Source: Pseudomonadota bacterium (GTDB taxonomy: Bacteria; Pseudomonadota; Gammaproteobacteria; Burkholderiales; Burkholderiaceae_D). From it: a DNA stretch of 64,000 nucleotides. Of this stretch, positions 38,966-47,174 are shown piece after piece. The position numbers were made by a program, and so were the translations under genes. Each line of letters begins with the position of its first letter. Position 1 is the stretch's first letter. The notes beneath the pieces are model-generated. The model was given only the letters and a program-made list of their open reading frames with translations. It ran no database searches and was not told where the DNA came from. The stretch is from contig JAZKGU010000053.1 in NCBI GenBank assembly GCA_040385745.1, positions 10,097-74,096 of the forward strand. The letters run 5' to 3'.

Positions 38966-39900
38966 AGCGCCTGCGCCAGCACGGCATGACACTCGTCGAG
39001 CTGATGATCGCTCTGGTGCTGGGGCTGGTCGTGATCCTGCTGCCCGGCTCGCTGTTCATCAGCGCCAACGCGGGCTTTGCAGCCCAGCGCGAGCAGGCCG
39101 CCGTCGATGACGCGGCGCGCTTTGCGCTGGCCACCATCGAGCGCGCAGCACGCCAGGCCGGCTACGTCGACTGGCAGGCCGGGCAGGCAGCGGCCGAGCG
39201 CGCAAGCGCGCCCGCATTCATCAATGGGCTGGACGCCGCTTCGCTGAGCCGCAGCGCCGAAGGCATCGGCGCCGAACGTGAGCCCGCAGCCAACGGCAGC
39301 GACGTGCTGGCCCTGCGCTTCGGGGGCGCGGGCCATGCCCCCGATGGTGACGGCAGCATGCTCAATTGCGCCGGCTTTGCCGTGGATGGCCAGCGCGAAG
39401 GCTGGAGCATTTTCTACGTCGGTATCAGCGCCGGCGGACAGTCCGAGCTGCGCTGCAAATACCGGGGCGAGAACAACTGGAGCGCCGATGCCGTGGTGGC
39501 CGGGGTCGATTCCTTTCAGGTGCTGTATGGGCTTGATACCGACCTGCCGTCCGACGGCCTGGCCAACGAATATGTCAGCGCTACTGCGCTGCATGCGCTC
39601 GACGCGCAGCTGGTCCTCCAGGGCGCCAGCGACAGCGAGCGCGAACGCGACCGCAATCGACGAACCCACTGGAAGCGGGTGACCGCCATCAAGGTGGCGC
39701 TGGTGCTGCATGGCGCTCCGCGTATCGGTAAAAATGGCAAGGAGGCTGTGTTCGAGCTGTTCGGGCCGGCCTATGGCGAGGCGGCGGCTGGTGTCGACGA
39801 AGGCGTGCGCATCGATGAAGCGCTCATGACGCCAGCCATGCGCAATCGCGAACGGCGCGGCTTCTCGGCCGCTATCCTGCTACGCAATCCGGCCGATTGA
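38962..39900 (+). CDS. pilW: Type IV pilus assembly protein PilW
   Basis: MKRLRQHG|MTLVELMIALVLG prepilin-type N-terminus. ATGA overlap with pilV. Size and position are typical of PilW. Confidence 0.75.
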   Translation: MKRLRQHGMTLVELMIALVLGLVVILLPGSLFISANAGFAAQREQAAVDDAARFALATIERAARQAGYVDWQAGQAAAERASAPAFINGLDAASLSRSAEGIGAEREPAANGSDVLALRFGGAGHAPDGDGSMLNCAGFAVDGQREGWSIFYVGISAGGQSELRCKYRGENNWSADAVVAGVDSFQVLYGLDTDLPSDGLANEYVSATALHALDAQLVLQGASDSERERDRNRRTHWKRVTAIKVALVLHGAPRIGKNGKEAVFELFGPAYGEAAAGVDEGVRIDEALMTPAMRNRERRGFSAAILLRNPAD

Positions 39901-39907
39901 GGCGCAC

Positions 39908-40537
39908 ATGGCCCCGACCCATTTTTACTCCAAGGATGGATTGCAGCGCGGCGCGGCCCTTGTCACCGCGCTCGTCATCATGCTCGCCCTGATGGTCGTG
40001 GGTGTATCGGCCGCGCGCACCGCGCTGCACGCCGAAAAATCGGCGCGCGGTGAACGCGACCGCACCATCGCCTTCCAGGCCGCCGAAGCGGCGCTGGCTG
40101 ATGCCGAGCGCGATATCGAAGGCGGCCAGGATGCTGCATCAGCGCGCGCCATGCTGTTCGCTGCCGATAATGCCCAGGGCTTTGCACCGGGATGCGGCGC
40201 CGCGCCCAATGTCAACGTGGGCCTGTGCCAGTCGACCCAGGAACCGGCCGATCCGGCATGGCAAAGCGCGGAGCTGGCGCTGCCTGACCAACAGCCTTTT
40301 CACAGCGTCGAGTACGGGCAGTTTACTGGCGCCCGGATGCCAGTTGGCCGCGGCACGTTGCCCCAGCGTTTGCCGCGCTACATCATCGAACTGATGTCGC
40401 TGGCGCGCGCCGGTGACGATGCGGCTCAGCGCACGGGAAATTTCTATCGCATCACCGCCATCGGGTTCGGCGCCAGCGACCACACCAGCGTCGTGCTGCA
40501 ATCGTTTTACCTGAAGACCCCACAGGAGGGAGCGTGA
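39908..40537 (+). CDS. pilX: Type IV pilus minor pilin PilX
   Basis: QRGAALVTALVIMLALMVVGVSA, a PilX-N-like hydrophobic segment. Located between pilW and pilY1. Confidence 0.7.
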   Translation: MAPTHFYSKDGLQRGAALVTALVIMLALMVVGVSAARTALHAEKSARGERDRTIAFQAAEAALADAERDIEGGQDAASARAMLFAADNAQGFAPGCGAAPNVNVGLCQSTQEPADPAWQSAELALPDQQPFHSVEYGQFTGARMPVGRGTLPQRLPRYIIELMSLARAGDDAAQRTGNFYRITAIGFGASDHTSVVLQSFYLKTPQEGA

Positions 40538-43500
40538 GATTTGTTTGGCTTGCCATGCTTGTCACGCTGGCCATGATCGCCGGCCCGGCCAGTGCTGCCC
40601 CGGCGCTGCAGGTTGCCGATGGGCGCCCTGGCGCTACCGGCACGGGCATGCCGCCCAATTTGCTGCTTAACCTGTCGCTGACCTTCGAGGACGCGGCAGC
40701 AGCCTATCGCGGAGCCTATTTCGCAGATGTCGACTACGCGGGCTACTTTAATCCGCGCCTGTGCTACCGCTATCCCAGCAGCGGGCGACAGGGCGGAGTG
40801 CAGCAGCCGGTGCTGGAGGGGGCGAGCGGCTTTTTTTCACCCAGCAAGCCGGCCGACGCCAGGCACGAATGCGGCGGCGATTCGTTCAGTGGCAATTTTT
40901 TGAACTGGGCAACGACGACCACCCTGGATCTGCTGCGCTATGGTCTCACCGGCGGCGACCGTGTGATCGACGAAGCCGAGCGCACTGTGCTGCAACGGGC
41001 CTGGCTGCCCGATGGGGCGGCGCATGTTGATTTTTACGCCCACCCTCAGTATTTCGCCCGTAAATCAGTGCACGGCGCGCAAGCGCTGACGCCATTCGGG
41101 GCAGAGCACTTGTACGTTATATCGTGCCGCAACCGGGTCATGTTCAGCACCACCGGCAAAGGCCAAAGCTGCGATGCACCGCGCTTTGGCGCGAGCAACC
41201 GGCCGCTGGTCTCGGACAAATATTTTGGCGAGTTCAATGTGCGCGTGAGCGTATGCAACGCTGCCGAAGGAGATGTGCGGCCCGATTTATGCAGGCCCTA
41301 CGGCAAGCACTTCAAACCGGAAGGCAGTCTGCAACAGGCTGCAGCGAGTGCGCGGATTGGCATCATGTCCTATCTTACCGAGCGTGGCGCCGGCGACCCG
41401 AATCAGTATGGCGGCGCCCTGCGCGCACCGCTGGCATCCGTCGCGTCCGAGTGGGACAGCACCAGCGGCATCGGCAAAGCCGGGGGCGCCATCGACTTCA
41501 TCAACCGGCTCGGTCGCAGCAATCCGGCGCGCCTGGGCGTGTACAAAGGTAGCGATCCTGGCGCGGAACTGTACTACGAGGCGCTGCGCTATCTGCAGGG
41601 CAGGGCACCGAGCGTCGCAAACGTCGCCGCCCTGGACGACGGCTTGCCGGTATTCAGCCAGCAGGGCGATCCCGTGCTGGCTGCATGCCAGCGCCAGGTC
41701 GTCGCCACCATTGGCCATCCGGCCTTCGCCTTCGACAGGCATGTGCCGGGCAACAGCCGCGCGGCGCACAAGGACGCGCCGCGCGCGGCTGACGCGTTTG
41801 CACCCGGGCCAGCCTTCGACGTCATGCTATGGACGCGCAAGGCGGGTGATATGGAAGCTGATCCGAACCGCACGCATGGCAATGGCGCGCCGCGTGCCGA
41901 CCTGCTACGCCTCGACACGCTCGATGATGGCCCGGCTGGCACCGGCAGCTACTACCTGGTCGGCGCGGCCTACTGGGCCCATACCAACGATATCCGGCCC
42001 GACAAGCCGGTGCGAGTTGACAGCATATCGCTGGAGCTGGGTGCAGCTTCCCGCGCGGGCAGCAGCGCCTTGTATTTGGCCGCCAAGTACGGCGCTTTCG
42101 ATGACCGTAACAAGGACGGCAACCCCTTTATCACGTCGGCCAGGGTGCGTGACGATAGCGAGTGGAGCGTCGACGGCGCCAACCCTTCGCACTTTTACCC
42201 AGCGGGCGATGCAGGCCAGGTAGTCGATGCTGTGCGTGGCCTCTTTGCCAGCGCAGCGGCAGGCAGCGGCGGAGCGGGAGCTGCGGGGCCGGCGGCCATC
42301 TGGCGCGGCCGGCCGGACGGCGACATCCTGATCGAAACGCGCTCCGATGTGGCCAGCGGCGTTGGTCATTTGGTCCGGCGGTCCTTCAAACTGGGCGCGG
42401 ATGGAAAATTGCTGCTTGACGCCAGACCCGCCTGGGACGCCGCAAGCTTACTCGGCGGCGACCCTTCGCAACGTCCAGCCATCATACCGAGCCCGCTACC
42501 GGCCAGACGCAATATCTTTACCATGATCGATCAGGTCGACCGTACGGCGACCGTGCCATTCGAGTGGAATGCGCTGCCAGCGGCCCTGCGCGACATGCTC
42601 GATCAGGGTGACGGATTGGGAACTGGCCGCACGGCCTGGCTGCGCGGCGAGCGGACTGGCGAGGCCGGTCAGCCAGGCGGCGCATTCAGACGCCGTACCG
42701 GAATGCTAGGCTCTATCGTGCACAGCACGCCCTTGATCGTGGGGCCGCCGTCGCCGAGCCATACCGGCGCCGATTATGCTCAATTCCACGAGCGCCACAA
42801 GCTGCGCGCGCCGGTGGTGTACGTGGGCGCCAACGACGGCATGCTGCATGCCTTTTCGGCGCGCGACGGCCGCGAACTGTTCGCCTACATTCCACAGGCG
42901 CTGCACCCGCATATCGCCGCATTGAGCAGTCCGCGCTACACGCATCGACCGTATGTCGACGGCAGCCCGGCACATGGCGAAGCACGCATAGGCGGCCAGT
43001 GGAAGAGCGTTCTGGCTAGCGGCATGGGCGTGGGCGCGCGCGGCGTGTTCGCGCTCGATATCACCGAGCCGGGAGCGTTTGGCAAGGGGGCGGGGGCACT
43101 TTGGGAGTTCACCGAGCGCGATGATCCGGCCATGGGTTTCGTGCGCGCCGCGCCACGCATCGCGCGCCTTCGCACCGACACCCGCGACAAGGTGGCGCAG
43201 TACCGCGACTTTGTGGTGGTCGCCAGTGGTTTTAACAATCTGATGGCCAACGGTGCGGGGGCACTGTTCCTGCTGGCGCTGGACAAGGCGCCGCAGGAGC
43301 GCTGGCGGCGTGGCGTCAACTATTACAGGCTGGCGGCGCCGACGGCCGATGCATTACTCGTCAACGCATTGTCGACGGCAACTCTGGTCAGCGGCGCCGA
43401 CGGCAGCGCGAGCCTGGCGTACGCGGGCGACCTGCAAGGCAATCTCTGGCGCTTCGACCTGTCCGTCAAACCACCCTGGGACAAGGGCGAGCTGCTATTC

Positions 43501-44235
43501 ACCGCGCGCGACGCCATGGGCTTGCGCCAGCCGATCGCCCATGCGCCGCGCGTGGTGTTTGCGCCAGGCGGCGGCTACGTCGTCATGTTCGGCACTGGCC
43601 GATTCATCGAGGATGCCGATGCCAGGCCGCCGTTTTCGCAGCAGTCTTTTTATGCCATCCACGACACCCTGGCCAAGCCGATGCCCGCCGGCGCTTCGCG
43701 CGGGGAGCTTGCCGTGCGAACGCTGAGCGGACGCGACATTTTCACCGTAAAAGGCACGCCCATTGCCTACGGCGCGGCGGACGCCAAGCGTGGCTGGTTT
43801 CTGGACTTTCCAGGCGCTGCCGAAGGCGAGCGTGCGGCCGGGGCGCCGATCGGCGCAGCTGGCAGCGTGGTGCTCGACACGCTTGCGCCAGCGCCGGATG
43901 CCTGCGGCGCCATGGCGGGCCGCAGCTATGTGCTCGATGCCGTGCATGGGCTCGCCTTAGGCCCGGATGGCGTGGCCGTATCTGGCGCCAGCACCGGGCG
44001 GCGCCGCGCCGTGAACGCCGGGTTGCCGCCGCTGCTAGTCTCAACCGGGGTACGCACCGGCGCTATCACACCCACCGGGCGTGCCTCTGTCACGCATACC
44101 TTCACGCTGATCGATCCGGCCGCGGACGCCGAGAGCGGGCCGCTGCAGACCTTTGGCGTCAGCTACAAAGCCAGGCGGCTTGGCTGGCGCGAGGTAAGCA
44201 ACTGGCAGGATCTGCACGACGCGGTTCAACAATGA
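40534..44235 (+). CDS. pilY1: Type IV pilus tip-associated adhesin PilY1/PilC family
   Basis: 1233 aa. GTG start after GGAGGGA, with a signal peptide. C-terminal propeller signatures (VYVGANDGMLHAF, ELFAYIP, GDLQGNLWRFDL). Confidence 0.85.
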   Translation: MRFVWLAMLVTLAMIAGPASAAPALQVADGRPGATGTGMPPNLLLNLSLTFEDAAAAYRGAYFADVDYAGYFNPRLCYRYPSSGRQGGVQQPVLEGASGFFSPSKPADARHECGGDSFSGNFLNWATTTTLDLLRYGLTGGDRVIDEAERTVLQRAWLPDGAAHVDFYAHPQYFARKSVHGAQALTPFGAEHLYVISCRNRVMFSTTGKGQSCDAPRFGASNRPLVSDKYFGEFNVRVSVCNAAEGDVRPDLCRPYGKHFKPEGSLQQAAASARIGIMSYLTERGAGDPNQYGGALRAPLASVASEWDSTSGIGKAGGAIDFINRLGRSNPARLGVYKGSDPGAELYYEALRYLQGRAPSVANVAALDDGLPVFSQQGDPVLAACQRQVVATIGHPAFAFDRHVPGNSRAAHKDAPRAADAFAPGPAFDVMLWTRKAGDMEADPNRTHGNGAPRADLLRLDTLDDGPAGTGSYYLVGAAYWAHTNDIRPDKPVRVDSISLELGAASRAGSSALYLAAKYGAFDDRNKDGNPFITSARVRDDSEWSVDGANPSHFYPAGDAGQVVDAVRGLFASAAAGSGGAGAAGPAAIWRGRPDGDILIETRSDVASGVGHLVRRSFKLGADGKLLLDARPAWDAASLLGGDPSQRPAIIPSPLPARRNIFTMIDQVDRTATVPFEWNALPAALRDMLDQGDGLGTGRTAWLRGERTGEAGQPGGAFRRRTGMLGSIVHSTPLIVGPPSPSHTGADYAQFHERHKLRAPVVYVGANDGMLHAFSARDGRELFAYIPQALHPHIAALSSPRYTHRPYVDGSPAHGEARIGGQWKSVLASGMGVGARGVFALDITEPGAFGKGAGALWEFTERDDPAMGFVRAAPRIARLRTDTRDKVAQYRDFVVVASGFNNLMANGAGALFLLALDKAPQERWRRGVNYYRLAAPTADALLVNALSTATLVSGADGSASLAYAGDLQGNLWRFDLSVKPPWDKGELLFTARDAMGLRQPIAHAPRVVFAPGGGYVVMFGTGRFIEDADARPPFSQQSFYAIHDTLAKPMPAGASRGELAVRTLSGRDIFTVKGTPIAYGAADAKRGWFLDFPGAAEGERAAGAPIGAAGSVVLDTLAPAPDACGAMAGRSYVLDAVHGLALGPDGVAVSGASTGRRRAVNAGLPPLLVSTGVRTGAITPTGRASVTHTFTLIDPAADAESGPLQTFGVSYKARRLGWREVSNWQDLHDAVQQ

Positions 44236-44248
44236 CACCGGGGCGACG

Positions 44249-44695
44249 ATGAAAATACATGGCTTCACCTTGATCGAACTGATGGTCGCACTGGTGGTAT
44301 TGCTCCTGCTGTCGACCATCGCCTACGCCAACCTGGGCAGTTTTGTGATCAAGTCACGCCGCATCGAGGCGCAGGTGGCGCTGCTCGAACTGATGCAGGA
44401 ACAGGAGCGTCATTTTTCGCGCCACCGCAGTTACGTTGCCTTCGCCGCCGGGGCGGCCGATCCCGACGCGCAGCGCTTCAAGTGGTTTTCGGGGGACGCA
44501 CCCGGGGCCAGCGCCTACGAGCTGCGCGGTCAGGCCTGTCCCGGCGCGGAGATCACCCACTGCATCGAGCTGCTGGCCATTCCCGGGACCACGCGCGTAA
44601 ACGCCAGCTTCGCCGATATCGAATGCGGCACGCTAAGCCTTGACAGCACTGGCCGGCATGGCGCCAGCGGCGTCGGCACGAAATGCTGGCCATGA
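44249..44695 (+). CDS. pilE: Type IV pilin-like protein PilE
   Basis: MKIHG|FTLIELMVALVVLLLL prepilin N-terminus, 148 aa. Confidence 0.78.
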   Translation: MKIHGFTLIELMVALVVLLLLSTIAYANLGSFVIKSRRIEAQVALLELMQEQERHFSRHRSYVAFAAGAADPDAQRFKWFSGDAPGASAYELRGQACPGAEITHCIELLAIPGTTRVNASFADIECGTLSLDSTGRHGASGVGTKCWP

Positions 44696-45249
44696 GGCGG
44701 GCATGGCGCGGTTTTTCGCTCGTTGAGTTGATGGCCGTACTAGCGGTTATGGCCATCGTGGCGGGCCTGGCGCTGCCCGACATGCTGGCGCTGGTGCAGC
44801 GCCAGCGGCTCAAGGCGGCCGTAAGCGATCTTTCCAGCGCCATTGACCTGACCCGTTCGCAGGCGATTTCGCGCGGGCGGCGCGTGCTGCTCGTGCCGTT
44901 GGACGCTGCCGGCACGGACTGGCGCAGCGGCTGGGTGGTGTTCATCGACGCAGACCATGACCGCCGGCCAGGTCCAGGCGAGGAAATCATCGCCAGCCAC
45001 GGACCGCTGGCCGAGGGCATCGCTATCGATTTCAATTTCAGCAGCAACGCGACGCCCTGGTACATCGCCTACAACGGCTCGGGCCGAAGCTGCAGCGATG
45101 CGAGCAGCATGGCGCCACGCTGGGGGACGCTGTCCTTGTTCTGGGGCGCCGAGACCAGGCGCATCAAGATCAGCATGCTGGGCCGGATGCGGGTGTGTAA
45201 TCCGGCGCGCGATCCGCGCACCTGCGAGGGGGCGGATCAGTCGCCCTGA
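44692..45249 (+). CDS. fimT: GspH/FimT family pseudopilin
   Basis: The ATG at 44692 forms an ATGA overlap with the pilE stop. MRRAWRG|FSLVELMAVLAVMAIV. The track start at 44683 is also possible. Confidence 0.7.
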   Translation: MRRAWRGFSLVELMAVLAVMAIVAGLALPDMLALVQRQRLKAAVSDLSSAIDLTRSQAISRGRRVLLVPLDAAGTDWRSGWVVFIDADHDRRPGPGEEIIASHGPLAEGIAIDFNFSSNATPWYIAYNGSGRSCSDASSMAPRWGTLSLFWGAETRRIKISMLGRMRVCNPARDPRTCEGADQSP

Positions 45250-45316
45250 ACGATTCGGCAGCGGGCATGGCGCTCTTGGCGTAAAATTCAGGCCAGCCAT
45301 TCTCGATGGGACTCTT

Positions 45317-46420
45317 GTGCAGATCAACGACGACGCCGACGCCATGCGGCTGGCCCTTGAATGGGCGGCCAAAGGCATGTACATCACAGCGCCCAACCCC
45401 CGGGTTGGCTGCGTGATCGTGCGCGACGGCGCGGTCATCGGTGCCGGGCACACCCAGCCCGCCGGACAGGCCCACGCCGAAATCCAGGCCCTGCGCGACG
45501 CCCAGGCGCGCGGCAACGATGTGCGCGGCGCTACCGCCTACGTCACGCTTGAGCCATGTAATCACCATGGGCGCACGCCGCCCTGTTCCGGAGCGCTGGT
45601 TGCTGCGGGGCTGGGGCGGTTGGTGGCGGCCATGAGCGATCCGAATCCGCTGGTGGCGGGGCAGGGGCTGGCTACCCTGAGAGCAGCCGGCATCGAGGTC
45701 AGCGCCGGCTTGATGGCGGAGCAGGCCTACGAATTGAACATCGGCTTTTTCTCGCGCATGCAGCGCGGCCGGCCGTGGGTGCGCATGAAATCGGCAGCCA
45801 GCCTGGATGGCATGACCGCCTTGCACAATGGTCAAAGCCAATGGATCACCGGACCAGAAGCGCGCGCCGACGGGCATGCGTGGCGGGCGCGCGCGTGCGC
45901 CATCCTGACGGGTATCGGCACCGTCAAGGCCGACGATCCGCAACTGAATGTGCGGGCAGTGGACACGCCGCGCCAGCCGCGCCGCATCGTCGTTGACAGC
46001 AAACTGGAGATCGCGCCCGGCGCCCGCGTGCTACAGGGAGCGCCCAGCTGGATCGTGGCTGCGGTGCCTGACCCAGCCAGGCAGCAGGCGCTGGAGGCGG
46101 AAGGGCATAGCGTCATTATGTTGCCCAATGCCGATGGCAAGGTGGACCTGATGGCGCTGATGCACGAACTTGGCCGGCGCGAGATCAACGAGCTGCATGT
46201 CGAAGCCGGCTCCAAGCTCAATGGATCGCTGCTTCGCGCCGGCTGCGTTGACGAGCTGCTGGTCTATCTGGCGCCGACACTGCTGGGTGACGCCCAAGGC
46301 ATGTTTTCGCTGCCTGCGCTCGAACAGCTTGATGGGCAAATCCGTTTGCGTTTTCACGAGGTCACTCCAATTGGCGAGGACCTTCGCATCCTCGCCCGCA
46401 TCAACCACAAGAAGGGTTAG
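45317..46420 (+). CDS. ribD: Bifunctional diaminohydroxyphosphoribosylaminopyrimidine deaminase / 5-amino-6-(5-phosphoribosylamino)uracil reductase
   Basis: In-frame GTG at 45317, whereas the track ORF from 44957 overlaps fimT. Has HAEIQAL...TLEPCNHHGRTPPC deaminase zinc motifs and a reductase C-domain. Confidence 0.88.
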   Translation: MQINDDADAMRLALEWAAKGMYITAPNPRVGCVIVRDGAVIGAGHTQPAGQAHAEIQALRDAQARGNDVRGATAYVTLEPCNHHGRTPPCSGALVAAGLGRLVAAMSDPNPLVAGQGLATLRAAGIEVSAGLMAEQAYELNIGFFSRMQRGRPWVRMKSAASLDGMTALHNGQSQWITGPEARADGHAWRARACAILTGIGTVKADDPQLNVRAVDTPRQPRRIVVDSKLEIAPGARVLQGAPSWIVAAVPDPARQQALEAEGHSVIMLPNADGKVDLMALMHELGRREINELHVEAGSKLNGSLLRAGCVDELLVYLAPTLLGDAQGMFSLPALEQLDGQIRLRFHEVTPIGEDLRILARINHKKG

Positions 46421-46424
46421 CAGC

Positions 46425-47042
46425 ATGTTTACAGGAATCGTCGCCGCAGTCGGCACCATCAGTTCGGTCGCTCCGCAAGAGGGCGGCCTGGAGGCCGGAG
46501 TACGCCTTGATATCGACGCGGGCGGTTTGCCGCTGGCCGACGTAGCGCTGGGTGATTCGATCGCGATCAACGGCGCGTGCATGACCGTGGTCGCCAAAAC
46601 TGACACGGCATTTAGCGTCGACGTCTCGCGTGAAAGCCTCAATTGCACGGTGGGGCTGGAGATGCCAGGTGAAGTCAATCTGGAGAAGGCGCTCACCCTG
46701 GCCGAACGCCTGGGCGGGCATCTGGTGTCGGGCCACGTCGACGGACTGGGGCTGGTGCACAGCTTCGAGGCGGTGGGTGAATCGTGGGAGCTGGTGATCG
46801 ATGCGCCCAAAGAGCTGGGCAAGTTCCTGGCGTTTAAGGGCTCGGTGGTGGTCAATGGCGTGTCGCTGACGGTGAACCGGGTCGAAGATCTGGCTTCGGC
46901 CTGTCGGTTCTCAATCAACCTGATTCCGCACACGATTTCAGTTACTACGCTCAAGCATCTGCATGGTGGCGCCAAGGTCAATCTTGAAATCGACCTGATT
47001 GCGCGCTATGTGGAGCGCATGCTGTCCGCGGCCAAGGTGTAG
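46425..47042 (+). CDS. ribE: Riboflavin synthase
   Basis: The ATG at 46425 gives the hallmark MFTGIV N-terminus. Two lumazine-binding repeats. Confidence 0.9.
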   Translation: MFTGIVAAVGTISSVAPQEGGLEAGVRLDIDAGGLPLADVALGDSIAINGACMTVVAKTDTAFSVDVSRESLNCTVGLEMPGEVNLEKALTLAERLGGHLVSGHVDGLGLVHSFEAVGESWELVIDAPKELGKFLAFKGSVVVNGVSLTVNRVEDLASACRFSINLIPHTISVTTLKHLHGGAKVNLEIDLIARYVERMLSAAKV

Positions 47043-47064
47043 GCAGCGTTCTCGCTGCGGAAGA

Positions 47065-47153
47065 CGCCGTCTCCCCCGCGAAGGCGGGGGCCTATAGCGC
47101 GCCAACCCAGAGTTGGTGCGCTATAGGCCCCCGCCTCCGCGGGGGAGACGGCG
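47065..47153. repeat. Extragenic palindromic element, family 1, copy B
   Basis: cgccgtctcccccgcgaaggcgggggcctatagcgcg ... gcgctataggcccccgcctccgcgggggagacggcg. Lies between the convergent ribE and M16 peptidase genes. Confidence 0.85.
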
Positions 47154-47174
47154 ATCTGTTTCGAGTTCGGCAGA

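Noticed and set aside
44957-45316. 120-codon N-terminal extension of the ribD ORF, overlapping fimT.
   Set aside because: The extension has shadow-ORF composition. ribD homology begins right after the in-frame GTG at 45317.
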